Part shown: one piece after another, positions 48,040-58,789 of the stretch
Layout of the letters: each line of letters opens with the position of its first letter
Numbering within the stretch: position 1 is the stretch's first letter
Assembly: GCA_963833425.1 (NCBI GenBank)
Contig: CAWHXP010000009.1
Coordinates: 64,001 to 128,000, forward strand
Reading direction: 5' to 3'
Length of the DNA stretch: 64,000 nucleotides
From: an uncultured Methanosarcinaceae archaeon
GTDB taxonomy: Archaea > Halobacteriota > Methanosarcinia > Methanosarcinales > Methanosarcinaceae
Translations under genes and position numbers: made by a program
The notes under the pieces: model-generated
Told to the model about the DNA's origin: nothing
Databases searched by the model: none
Seen by the model: the letters and a program-made list of their open reading frames with translations, nothing else

Positions 48040-50350
48040 CAACCAGCACTAGCTGAAGAGCAAGTGGCTTACGGATTCGCTTCTGTATCTTTGAGAACAA
48101 GTTTCCATACCTATCCCCAGCATTCCAAGAGTATCAGAGATTCCAATTGGATTTGGACCAATTAGAGCGAATTGTGATGTTACCTGCAGAATTAATGTCT
48201 CTACCTTGTCTTGCAATCAGGAAATTTCCATTCTATATCTTTCAGCGTTAGCTCAGAGTTATGATATTCACAAACATTACAGATCTTAGATGATAATCCA
48301 AAGTTACCAATCATAAAAATGGTTTTTTGGACCATTCTTAGGAAACTTAATAGTATTGTTATTAAAATTCAAATTGGAGCATTGTGGAATCTGGAATGAC
48401 TGAGTTGGATTCTTCTTTGATTCGAAGTTAGGAAAACCATTCTTTTCTCTAATAAATATAGTGCATGCAGATTCGATCTGTTTAGTCGTACCTTGAAGTG
48501 ATTGGGAATTGATTTATCCTAATCAAGAATTTTGCTTTTTTAGACTCGAAATTAGTTTGTTTAAGTCTAAATCTATAAATTGATTTCTCTGTTCACTCAT
48601 ATGCTTTTACTTCATGATCAAGCGCACTTAATTATAGACAAAACTGTCAACTATTAATATGTTGATTAAGTTGGTTATATTAGTCAAATGTAGGATACAG
48701 CCCAAAAAAGAATGTTTTTATCATACAACATTTGATCAATTTTAACAGAGCATTTCGATAAACTTCGGATTTTATTTCTTAGCAGGAATTTCTCAGATCT
48801 TCCCCTCAATTTCTCTATTTAATCCCTCTTTTTGGCTTTACTATTCTCAATTCTTTGATTTTAAGGATAGCTTCCGCTATCTTCAATATACTTTTTTTAT
48901 TTCCAATGTCCTCAATTGATGGAGATTATAACAAAAAGCCGTACACAACATTTTTAGATTTACTCTTTTAACAGTAGTAACAAAAACTCTTCCTGCCTTG
49001 AAAATTTCTTTCGTTACTGAATAAACTCCTTCTACTGGGACTCTTTTTGAGCTAATTTTCTTATTTCTGAATATATCCTTTATTCCCAGCGTATGTCCTT
49101 TTACTGCTCTTTTCATTAACGTTGTGATTTTGCTCCAAAGTATCCTCTGTCCCTATAAACCACTTCATTTTCCTCTGTCACATCTACATACGAATCATGT
49201 ACTGACTCAGTTGTTGTTTTGAATCTTCTGATCAGCTCATAATCTCTGTCTATTATATTATGACGCTTATATCCAAAGTGAGACTTATCTCCTTCTTTGT
49301 CCATGTTCAGTCTCTGCTTCTTCTCGTTTTTGTCTCATCTCTCTGCTTTTGCATGTCATGGATCTGAATGGATAAAAGTAGCATCCTGGAGCATTCTTTG
49401 CTTTATCTGTAAACCCAGAGCATCAAGTTGGCTTTGCAACTTTTCCCATATTTTCTTTGAAATTCTCGATAATTCTCTCCCCAAATAGCCAGACAATAGT
49501 ACTGTAAGGTATGTATTCCGGAAATACAAGGAATTTCCTAAAAGAAATTCGATCTATACACTGTTTCTCAAGTTCAAAATCAGAGAGCATGTGCCATTGT
49601 TTTAAAAAAAGCATTTTGAACATCACAATGACATCAGTTTCAGGTCTCCCTCCTGAAACAGTTTTGTTGATATACATAGACTCAAGAATAATACGAAACG
49701 TTTTCCAATCATTAAGGAATCAATTTCAGCAAGCTTATATCCAACAGATTCAAGACGTTTATACTCTTCTTTAAGAGCAAAATCAGTAAGAGTTTTCATG
49801 AATATACATAAATATTGACAAATTTAAAGCCAACCATGCTCAAGAGCATGGAGGTTATCGAAATTCTCTACAATTAATATACTGTTTGGTAAATATAGAG
49901 TTTGGACACATTATAGAGTGCGAACACAATAATCATACAAAATTTTTGTTAATTTATCACATTCTCTTTGCGTGCAAGTATCGAAAGAAGATACTAGAAC
50001 TGCTTGATTAAGAAATCAAAAGATAATTCATAACATTGAAAAGTAGGCATATTTTGAAATATTGGAAATTGAGATTGTCAAAGACAAAATCCACCTATTT
50101 GTTAGAGCGAGCCAAAAATCAGCACTCTTACAATCATTTGAAAACATAAGCAAGAGACTAGAATTAGACTATAGAAAAATCAAAAAGAGTGATTGAAAAA
50201 TACTATTGTAAAGAATATACGTTATTAGAAAGGTGGGTATTCCGCACCTTTTATTGGCAATGTTAGCACAGAAGCAGCCAAAAATTACATACGGAACTAG
50301 GGTTGAAGTTGACGCTTGCATCTGCTGGCTGAAGACCCACTGAGTTTAAG
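48040..50350. mobile_element. Decayed IS605-type element (tnpB remnant on minus ~48050-48700, tnpA remnant on plus ~49930-50307) interrupted by IS5
   Basis: Minus-strand RDINSAGN, GFPNF and LNQHI..C.FVYN; plus-strand ACKYRKKIL, EILEIEIVKDKIHLFV and GNVSTEAAKNYIRN; similar end motifs GCTGAAGAGCAAGTGG and GCTGAAGACCCACTGA. Confidence 0.65.
48747..49869 (-). mobile_element. IS5-family element with frameshifted transposase (start codon 49799)
   Basis: TIRs AGAGCATTTCGATAAAC / GGTTATCGAAATTCTCT; GGRP, DRISF, QDATF, FGYK.H and DRGYFG motifs spread across frames. Confidence 0.85.
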
Positions 50351-50926
50351 AGTTGCGTAATAACATGAGTATCTACAAAAGCAATTAATTCAGCGTTAAA
50401 GTGATGGAGTTGTCTTCCTCAAGAACTCTCAAAATTTTCTTTTCAATGATTGCAATTATTCCACCAATCATCTTATAAATGCATTAACTGAAAAGTATTC
50501 GGTCTAAACAATTTTTCAATTCTGGAGTTCCCCCATTTGAAATTCTGTTTTATTTTCGTACATCTATCATTTGCGGAGAATTTAGATAAACCCCTTACTT
50601 TCACGAGTAATTCAATTTACGAGTTATAAGCATATGACAAATATTAGGATTTATCGAAAATCTCAGCAATAAGTCATCATATAATTCTAGTAATTCCTTT
50701 GCTAGAATAAAAATAGAATTTGAATAATTTCTTATGTCCAGAGTAGCAGTGTGAACATACTCAATTATTCGAACTTGGTGGCCCGTCACAAATTTAATCG
50801 ACCATGCCATTTGAAGTTTTTATATTTTTTTATTTAGTGAAAATACAAAAATTCACTAAAAATTAGGATGATTTTTAGAAATACTAAGAAGAAATTTAAA
50901 TATAAGGAACTAAAGACAAAAGAACG

Positions 50927-51123
50927 TGGGGCTGGTGAGATTCGAACTCACGATCGACGGGTCTCTCCGAACAACTAACTCTAACAGTCTTGGTTCTGGT
51001 TAGCAACTATCAGTGCTCCAACGGCTCCTCATTGCCCTGCTCCGTCGAGAAAAACTCAGTAGACCCGTTGTTCATCATTTATCCGCTGGAGCCCATCGCC
51101 ATGCCGGACTAGGCCACAGCCCC
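50927..51123 (-). tRNA. tRNA-Trp(CCA) with 123-nt intron at 37/38
   Basis: Exon 1 is 51123-51086 and exon 2 is 50962-50927. Canonical bulge-helix-bulge: CTCC/GGAG helix with AGC and AGA bulges. Confidence 0.95.
50963..51085 (-). ncRNA. Box C/D guide RNA encoded in the tRNA-Trp intron
   Basis: C box ATGATGA, D' CTGA, C' ATGAGGA, D CTGA. By the N+5 rule, guides ACGGGTCT and CCGTTGGAGC target C39 and C34 of the host tRNA. Confidence 0.9.
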
Positions 51124-51512
51124 TAGACAAGAATAATGAGATATTCGTTCTCTTTTAAATAGATGACGGCAATAAATAAATTTGTCGGAAAATTAATCTT
51201 ATTGCATGACCGTTTTCTCCTTAAAAATATTTCAATAATAGAGCATTCCTTAAGATCGCCTAGCTTATCAATTACACTGCCTAATAATAGTTTTTATGCT
51301 AAAGCATTTTTTTAACACGACAAACAATTTAGATAAATTTCTAAACTATGTCGTTACTTACGAATTTTATATAAGTGATTGAGAAAATCAGAGGTTTATC
51401 TATGATTCTCAATAATTTAGAGTTCTATGAATCCTATATATCATATCGTGATGTCAACCTGGAGTGAGTCGAACAATAGCTTTTAGTAGGTTTCTGCACT
51501 GATTACTTTGTT

Positions 51513-52649
51513 ATGAAAGCTGTATGCATCTGTATGGGGGTACATCTGCCTTACAGTCCGAAGTGGTACTGGCCTGTAGAGGGCTTTTATGGAGTGCCCG
51601 AAATGGACCGTTATTTTGACAGAGAAAATATTTTCTCTAAATTTTTAAAAACAAGTAGACAACTTTTGCACCTTAATAAAGTAATCATGGAATCCGTTGA
51701 AAAAGGAGGGAGATATTCCTTTGATCTATCTGGTCCTTTCCTCGAACAATGCAGATGGGATCCCGAACTTCTAGAGTCCTTCCGCGAACTCGAAGGAAGC
51801 GGAAGTGTGGAATTTACAGGAAGCTGCAGTTACCATTCCTTGAGTGCCCTATACCCTCATCTGTCCTGGTTTAATGATGAAATTGGTATCTACAGGGAGA
51901 TTATTAGAGAACTGTTAGGTGTTACACCCAAAACTTTCGTGAATACCGAACTTTTATACACTGAAAGGATAGAATGCATTCTTGCAGAGGCGGGGTTCGG
52001 ATGCTTAATTGCAGAAGGGTCAAAAAACCTTATAAATGGATATGATCCTGTAAATGTCTTCCAAAATAATCTTCCAACTCTTCTAAGACATATAAACCTT
52101 AGCGAAGACATTGAACTACGTTTTTTGGAAAAAGATTGTGAAGGATGCCATCTTATCCCTAAAAAGTTCGCAGATTGGATCGAAAGCATGGAAGGTGATG
52201 TCTTGACCCTTTATTTTAACTATACAAATCTATGTGCTCATAAAAGTAATGAGGATAAGATAGCCGATTTTATCCGGACATTCCCCCAAGCTCTCGAAAT
52301 CAGGGGCATTGAAATGCTCACACCTTCTGAAGCTGTAAAGATATTCTCATATTCAAAGCTACAAACACTTGGAACGGAACAAACAATCCGTTATGGAATG
52401 CATAATGCAATCGGAAATAATGCCCAGCAGCTTTACATGCATGAACTTGTAAGGATTGGAGAGGAGCTTTCAGAGCTTAAGGGGAGTAAAGCTTACTGTA
52501 ATCTGAGACGGATATTTGGTTATCTTCAGCAGAGCGAAATATTTTTTTCCATGAACTCTGGAAGTACTAGGGAAGGTTATGAAAGGGCTGTGAATTATTT
52601 TTCCATCTTGTCTGATTTCAGGAGAGCTGTCCTGGAGGAACCAAAATGA
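51513..52649 (+). CDS. GH57-family paralogue, probably non-catalytic
   Basis: VHLPY, YHSL and NTELLY retained; the DYETFGEH motif is replaced by NYTNLCAH. Confidence 0.8.
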   Translation: MKAVCICMGVHLPYSPKWYWPVEGFYGVPEMDRYFDRENIFSKFLKTSRQLLHLNKVIMESVEKGGRYSFDLSGPFLEQCRWDPELLESFRELEGSGSVEFTGSCSYHSLSALYPHLSWFNDEIGIYREIIRELLGVTPKTFVNTELLYTERIECILAEAGFGCLIAEGSKNLINGYDPVNVFQNNLPTLLRHINLSEDIELRFLEKDCEGCHLIPKKFADWIESMEGDVLTLYFNYTNLCAHKSNEDKIADFIRTFPQALEIRGIEMLTPSEAVKIFSYSKLQTLGTEQTIRYGMHNAIGNNAQQLYMHELVRIGEELSELKGSKAYCNLRRIFGYLQQSEIFFSMNSGSTREGYERAVNYFSILSDFRRAVLEEPK

Positions 52650-53866
52650 CATCTGTTTGCATGTATTTTCAGGTTCATCAGCCATTTAGATTGCGTAATT
52701 TCTGGCCTGACGAAAGATCTGGCTTTTACCGCTATTTTGACGAGAGAAGCAACAGAGAAATCTTTGAAAGGGTAGCAAGAAAGTGCTATATCCCTGCAAA
52801 CAAAGTCCTTCTGAATTCTATCAATGAGCACGAAGGAAAGTTTAGATTTTCCCTTTCTGTTACTGGTACGCTGCTAAAACAATGCGAATTATGGGGAACA
52901 GAAGTTCTAGAGGGCTTCCGACAAATGGCAGAAACAAAAGCTGTGGAATTTCTGGATGAAACTTATTATCATTCCCTTTCAAGCCTTTTTGAAAAAAAAG
53001 CCGAATTCGTCGAAGAAATAAAGGAACATAGAGAACTTATGTTTGACCTTCTGGGGGTTGAACCGAAGGTATTTCGAAACACTGAACTGCTCTACAATAA
53101 CTCAATCGCAAAAATTATTTCTGATTTGGGTTACAAGGCGATACTTACTGAAGGTGCAGATCACCTACTTGAAGGTGGATCCCCAAATTTGCTTTACAGA
53201 GCAAAAAATATAGGTATCCCAATTATTCTCAGGAACTACAAGTTGAGTGACGATATAGGATACCGTTTTTCAGCAAGATGGTGGGAATGCTATCCTTTGA
53301 CTGCGGAAAAATGGGCTTCTTGGGTTTCAGGAATCAAAGAGGACTGTGTTAACATCTTTATTGATTATGAAACCTTTGGAGAACACCAGTGGAAAGAAAC
53401 CGGGATTTTTACCTTTCTACGAGAACTGCCTGGAGAAATTCTCAAGAAGCACCTGAACTTTAGCACTCCTTTTGAGATTGTCGAGAAATACTCACCTGTA
53501 GCTGAGATAGATGTAGGGGATTTTTCCACTATTTCCTGGGCTGATATAGAACGTGATACCAGTGCGTGGCTTGGAAACGATATGCAACGACGTTGTTTTG
53601 AGGAAATAAAGTTGCTCGAACCTTTTGTAAGAAAAACAGGAGACTCTGAGATCCTACGTATATGGAAACATCTGCTAACTTCGGATCATTATTATTATAT
53701 ATGCACTAAATGGCTCGGAGATGGGGATGTACACTCTTATTTCAGTGTTTATTCAACACCCTTCGATGCAGCAGTCAATTTCATGGCAGTGCTCATGGAT
53801 TTCAAAGCCCAGGTATTCAAGAAACTTAGAGATATAGCTCAATTGGATTTACACATCAAATCATAG
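52646..53866 (+). CDS. GH57 alpha-amylase-like glycoside hydrolase
   Basis: FQVHQP, ETYYHSL, FRNTELLY, LSDDIGYRFS, DYETFGEHQW and SWAD motifs. Confidence 0.9.
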   Translation: MTSVCMYFQVHQPFRLRNFWPDERSGFYRYFDERSNREIFERVARKCYIPANKVLLNSINEHEGKFRFSLSVTGTLLKQCELWGTEVLEGFRQMAETKAVEFLDETYYHSLSSLFEKKAEFVEEIKEHRELMFDLLGVEPKVFRNTELLYNNSIAKIISDLGYKAILTEGADHLLEGGSPNLLYRAKNIGIPIILRNYKLSDDIGYRFSARWWECYPLTAEKWASWVSGIKEDCVNIFIDYETFGEHQWKETGIFTFLRELPGEILKKHLNFSTPFEIVEKYSPVAEIDVGDFSTISWADIERDTSAWLGNDMQRRCFEEIKLLEPFVRKTGDSEILRIWKHLLTSDHYYYICTKWLGDGDVHSYFSVYSTPFDAAVNFMAVLMDFKAQVFKKLRDIAQLDLHIKS

Positions 53867-53878
53867 GAGTTTGAACAA

Positions 53879-54697
53879 ATGGTCAAAGATTTATTCATGT
53901 TTGCAGGCTTCAATGAAAATTCGCAGATTGTATGGTTTAAAATTATTTATTCGAAAAAGCCTGGATCCTTATCCTTAATAACCGATTTTCTTGAAAAAGA
54001 AAATGCATTCATTATGTTTGGTCATCTGGATAATATTACACAAAAAACTGGAGAATATTTGATATATACAGAAATTAGTGAAAATATTAACCCTGAAGAT
54101 CTTGCTCAAAAAATAAAAAGTATTGAAGTTGTATGTGAAGTAGAGTACGGGATTTCAAAATATGGGATGATTTATTCCGTGGATTTTCCTCTTAATGTAA
54201 TAGGAGTCAGGGGAGTCATGGCAAGAGCACTCACAATTGTTGATATAATCAAAACGCTCAATCAAAGTGTACCGCATGCCGAGGGGCTTCTTACAGTTTC
54301 TGGTCTTAAAGGAGGGATTCACGCAGCAAAATACTTCAAGAGCATCATGCCTATTAATGACAGTAATTACGCAAGCGTTCTTGCGGAACTCTACAGAGCT
54401 GTAGGCTGGGGAATCTTGGAAATTGAATGTGATCCGAAAACTTACGAAGGAAAAATCATTGTGAAAGACTCGTTTATAGCCGACGTTTACGGATCAGCCG
54501 ACCAGCCTGTTTGTGCCTTTATGAGCGGCTACTTTGCGGGTTACCTGACAGATTATTTCGGGAAAAATATCAGTGTAAGAGAGGTCAGCTGTAAAGTCAC
54601 CGGAAAGAAGTTTTGTGAACATGTAATTTCTTTGGCGCCATCCAGCGTAAGCCAGGAATACCAGCTAAGGGGGACACACAGTGATCAGACAACCTAA
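53879..54697 (+). CDS. ACT-like plus V4R ligand-binding domain protein
   Basis: KPGSL..ITDFL ACT-like start; GWG...C.FMSGYFAG...EVSC...G.KFCE V4R signature. Confidence 0.8.
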   Translation: MVKDLFMFAGFNENSQIVWFKIIYSKKPGSLSLITDFLEKENAFIMFGHLDNITQKTGEYLIYTEISENINPEDLAQKIKSIEVVCEVEYGISKYGMIYSVDFPLNVIGVRGVMARALTIVDIIKTLNQSVPHAEGLLTVSGLKGGIHAAKYFKSIMPINDSNYASVLAELYRAVGWGILEIECDPKTYEGKIIVKDSFIADVYGSADQPVCAFMSGYFAGYLTDYFGKNISVREVSCKVTGKKFCEHVISLAPSSVSQEYQLRGTHSDQTT

Positions 54698-56702
54698 TGC
54701 CATTCTAGGAAATGATGGACTGCTTGTGACGATGGGAAGGAAAGGAGATATTTTGGGCTTATTCTACCCCCGCCGAGATCATGCTCAGCATGTAGAAGAG
54801 TCCCTTGCCTGCGTCCACACAGGGGAAAAACTTCTCTGGACAAATGATAACGAATGGCACAGCATTCAGAACTATATAGAAGACACAAACATCGTATCCA
54901 CAAAACTTTACCACGACTCTGGAATTCGGATTTCGATTCTTGACCTTGTGCACTCAGAAGTACCTGTTCTCATCCGAAGGTTCAAGGTTCAGTCCCAGAA
55001 AAAAATTTCAGGAAAATTTTTTTACTACTCTAATTTCAACGTAGGGGAAACGTCTAAAAAAAATTCTGGTTTTTGTGATATAGATGCTCGCTTGCTCGTA
55101 CAGTACTGGCAGAACTTTTATATCGGGATCCATTCGTTGCCTGAATTTACTGAATGGCAGATCGGAAAGGCCATGGACACCGTATGGTGGACTAATTCCA
55201 AGTATGATATGGAAGACGGAAAACTCCAGCGAAATAAAGAAGATATCGGAAATATCAATAATGCTGCTGGCTGGAATCTTGAGCTGGAAGCTAACGGAAC
55301 AAATGAATTTGTTATTTTGATAGGGGCCGCATCTTCCCGGAGCCTCCTTTACAAGAGAATGCATGAACTTTCCAAAATGTCGCTGGAATATATTTTCGAA
55401 AAGACTCGTGAATACTGGGTTATGTGGCTTTCTAAAAAAAAGGTGCTAAAAATACCAGGGCTCGATGGACACGAGAACCTGCGCCAGGAAATCTTCAGCG
55501 CATACAACCGATCTCTTCTCATGCTTAACTTACTTCAAGACCATGAACATGGATCCTTTGTGGCTGCTCCTGAGTTTGATTCCAATTTTGAGAAATGTGG
55601 AGGATACGGCTTTTGTTGGAACAGAGATACTGCTGAGATTGTGCTTGCACTCAAACATTCAGGATATCCGGAATATTGTAACATGTTTTTTAAGTGGTCT
55701 ATTCGGACTCAACTCCCGAATGGTTCCTGGTTTCAACGTTATTGGCTTAATGGGGATACAGCTCCTTCCTGGGGCAATTTTGATTACTCGACTCAAATAG
55801 ACGAAACAGGGTCTACGCTATATGCCATGGATGTGTATTACAGAATTCTCGAAGGTCTTAAAAAAGTTGAATTTTTGGACGAAGTATGGGTTTCAGTACT
55901 CAGAGCTGCAGAATATCTAATGAAGAAAACAAAATCTGGGATTCATGAGAGTTGCATGGATCTATGGGAAACTTATTACGGAATTTTCACATACACAAAT
56001 GCTGCAATCTATGCTGGGCTTATTGGCGCTTCCAATATGGCCGAAGAAAACGAAGAATCTGGCATGGCAAAGCGCTGGAAGAAAAGAGCGGAATTCATAA
56101 AGAAGGCTACAATTGATCGTTTATGGCTTCAAGAAGGCTACTTTGCAAAAGGAATCATTAACGAAAAACTGGATAAAACCATTGATGCAAGCATCCTAAG
56201 CGCTTATATCCCCTTTGGGATGCTATCTCCAAAAGACCCTATAGAAAGAGATATGATACTGTTTATGATAGAAAATATCAAGAAAAAACTTTCAGTGCCC
56301 ATTAATAAGAGTTACGGGATCAGAAGGTATGAAAACGACAGTTACATTGACGGAAACCCATGGATAGTAACTACTCTCTGGCTTTCGGAAGCGATGTTTG
56401 CCCTTGCCCTTGATACCCCTTCTGAAAAAGCCATTTTTTTCCCCATGCACGACATCCCCTATGAAAAGGAAAAGAGCAGTATAGAAAGCGTAGAAAATCT
56501 GACAAATGAAGGAATTAAATGCCTTAAATGGGCCCTTGCTGGTGCAACCAGTACAGGACTTCTCCCGGAACAGGTTGATAAGTCGACAGGCAAACCTGCT
56601 TGGGCAATTCCTCTAGGATGGAGTGGATCTCTAATGATTGACAATATCTTACTTCTAGACAAGATATGTGCGAGAAAAGCAGGAAATACAGAGAAAAGCT
56701 AA
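54681..56702 (+). CDS. GH15 glucoamylase
   Basis: GYGFCWNRD, QIDETG, DLWE, RRYEND.Y and LLPEQVD...PLGWS motifs. Confidence 0.92.
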   Translation: MIRQPNAILGNDGLLVTMGRKGDILGLFYPRRDHAQHVEESLACVHTGEKLLWTNDNEWHSIQNYIEDTNIVSTKLYHDSGIRISILDLVHSEVPVLIRRFKVQSQKKISGKFFYYSNFNVGETSKKNSGFCDIDARLLVQYWQNFYIGIHSLPEFTEWQIGKAMDTVWWTNSKYDMEDGKLQRNKEDIGNINNAAGWNLELEANGTNEFVILIGAASSRSLLYKRMHELSKMSLEYIFEKTREYWVMWLSKKKVLKIPGLDGHENLRQEIFSAYNRSLLMLNLLQDHEHGSFVAAPEFDSNFEKCGGYGFCWNRDTAEIVLALKHSGYPEYCNMFFKWSIRTQLPNGSWFQRYWLNGDTAPSWGNFDYSTQIDETGSTLYAMDVYYRILEGLKKVEFLDEVWVSVLRAAEYLMKKTKSGIHESCMDLWETYYGIFTYTNAAIYAGLIGASNMAEENEESGMAKRWKKRAEFIKKATIDRLWLQEGYFAKGIINEKLDKTIDASILSAYIPFGMLSPKDPIERDMILFMIENIKKKLSVPINKSYGIRRYENDSYIDGNPWIVTTLWLSEAMFALALDTPSEKAIFFPMHDIPYEKEKSSIESVENLTNEGIKCLKWALAGATSTGLLPEQVDKSTGKPAWAIPLGWSGSLMIDNILLLDKICARKAGNTEKS

Positions 56703-57083
56703 AGGAAAAACTAATTTGATATCAAGATTTTGGTGGCACAACCTGCTGCAAACAACTGGGTACGTTAATGCCACTGCTATGGACACAAGAAATTATTCAA
56801 ATTCAATTATTGTTCTAGCAAGGAAATTACTAGAATTATATGGCGTTTTATTTAAAATAAAGATATACACGAAGATTGAATCCGGTGTGGAAAAAGAAAA
56901 ATTTAGAAAAGAAAGAAGGTTGAGACTGAAAAAATCTCTGCAGATATATTTATAAAAATACTTAATTTAATAAGTTCAATTGTGAAAAAAGGATGGGGAA
57001 AGTACTTGAGGAACCAGTTAAATAACGTAATGCATTTTAAATTAAAAAATTAAGACTTTTAAAAAGCAATAATTTCAAATAAC

Positions 57084-57176
57084 GCCCCCAAAAATTAGTA
57101 CCATCCAAATTCAATTTCCTTTTGCATGGCTCAATGACCATTTTTGTAAAGACCAGATGAGCAAATTTTGGTGGGC
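57084..57176. mobile_element. Candidate ~93-bp MITE
   Basis: Imperfect TIRs GCCCCCAAAAATT / AATTTTGGTGGGC. Confidence 0.35.
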
Positions 57177-57301
57177 TAAAATTATTCAACTGCCGACTAT
57201 AAACAATGTTTTTTAAATTTATATCCTTTAGTAATCATAAGTATATTTTGCATTAAAATAGATCTCTTCCTGGGATTGTCAGTAAACTGAATAGTTATCC
57301 T

Positions 57302-58480
57302 TCAAATTTTTTTTCCGAAAAATGCCTCCAACCTGTCCATTCCTTCCTTTATATTTTCAATGCTATTAGAATAGGAAAAACGAAGATATCCTTCTGCTCC
57401 ATTTCCGAAGTCGATACCTGGAGTCACTGCAACGCCTACATCATTAAGAATACTACGGCTTAATTCCAGAGAGTCGTTACTATATTTACGAGCATCAGCA
57501 AGGACATAGAAAGCTCCAGTTGGCTCTTTGCGGACATCTAGTCCCATACCAAGGAGCCTCTTGAGCATATATTGACGACGTGTATTGTATACATGTATCA
57601 TATCAGTAACATGTTCCTGGGAACCTTTCAAGGCTGAAATTCCTGCTTCCTGGACAAAGGCATTAGCGCAGATAAAAAAATTCTGATGAATTTTCTGAAT
57701 CACACGAACACATTCAGATGGGCAGATGATGTAACCTAGCCTCCAGCCAGTCATCGCATATAATTTAGAAAAGCCATTGACGACAAAAGTATTGTTAGTA
57801 TATTCTAAGATCGTATGCTCTTCTCCATTATAGATCAAACCCTGGTAAATTTCGTCTGAAATAATAGGAATTCCTCTTTCGTCAGCTATCGCAGCAAGGC
57901 CTTTCAAATTTTCAGGAGACATTACATATCCACCAGGATTTGAAGGACTGTTGATGAGAATAGCCTTTGTTTTTGGACTAAGGTACTGCTTTACTGTTTC
58001 CGGCTCGAGGGCAAAACCATTAGTTTCATTCGTATAGACATAGACAGGAACTCCGCCTAGGTATTTAACAAAATTTGGATAGCAGGAGTAGTATGGGTTT
58101 GACATAATTACTTCGTCCCACTTTTCGAGCAGAGCCATAAAAACCAACAGTAGACCAGGACTTGTCCCTGAAGTTATAATGACCTGATTTGGACTCAGGT
58201 CGATTCCAAATTTTTCGTAGTAAGAATTAACTATTGCCTCTCTGAGAGGAAGAAATCCCTGGCTGTGAGTATACTTCGTAGATCCTCGAACAATAGCATC
58301 ATATGCAGCTTCACATATATGAGGAGCAGTAGGAAAATCGGGCTCACCTACCTCTAGATGTATAATATGTCTTCCCTCAGCTTCCATAACCTGGGCACTT
58401 TCCAGCACTTCCATTACATAGAAGGGGGAAATATCTTCAGATTTTTTAGATAGGAGGTATTCGGAGTTCATCGAGAGCAT
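57302..58480 (-). CDS. Class I/II PLP-dependent (aspartate-type) aminotransferase
   Basis: GEPDF, NSPSNP, SDEIY and GFSKLYAMTGWRLG motifs; start probably ATG 58480 or 58471. Confidence 0.92.
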   Translation of the reverse strand: MLSMNSEYLLSKKSEDISPFYVMEVLESAQVMEAEGRHIIHLEVGEPDFPTAPHICEAAYDAIVRGSTKYTHSQGFLPLREAIVNSYYEKFGIDLSPNQVIITSGTSPGLLLVFMALLEKWDEVIMSNPYYSCYPNFVKYLGGVPVYVYTNETNGFALEPETVKQYLSPKTKAILINSPSNPGGYVMSPENLKGLAAIADERGIPIISDEIYQGLIYNGEEHTILEYTNNTFVVNGFSKLYAMTGWRLGYIICPSECVRVIQKIHQNFFICANAFVQEAGISALKGSQEHVTDMIHVYNTRRQYMLKRLLGMGLDVRKEPTGAFYVLADARKYSNDSLELSRSILNDVGVAVTPGIDFGNGAEGYLRFSYSNSIENIKEGMDRLEAFFGKKI

Positions 58481-58580
58481 AAAAGACCTTCTGAAAAGCA
58501 AACATTTTGAAAGGAGCTGAGGTAGAAGCAAGTAATTTTGCTGGAGCTATACCTGAAAATTTGTATGCTTTCAATATTTA

Positions 58581-58670
58581 AGAGGATTTCGATAAAGACT
58601 AAATTTCATCTTACGCATATAAACCATATATAAAAGACTCACGAAAATCAGAAATGTATCGAAAGTCTCT
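58581..58670. mobile_element. 90-bp MITE, inverted homologue of 17933-18022
   Basis: AGAGGATTTCGATA ... TATCGAAAGTCTCT; internal sequence aligns with the other copy. Confidence 0.75.
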
Positions 58671-58789
58671 TAATATTCGATGGGAAGGAAAGATTTAGAA
58701 TTTGTCAAACAGCACGCCAAATTGTAGGTCTTAACGTCTACTCAAAGTTATGGTTTTAATGCGATAGACTAAAAGATTAATATTAGTTA

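Noticed and set aside
50601..50810. ORFs 50601-50810 and 56668-56955 as paralogous genes
   Set aside because: Similarity is confined to the ~82-bp DNA repeat and their starts and ends are unrelated; treated as a repeat.
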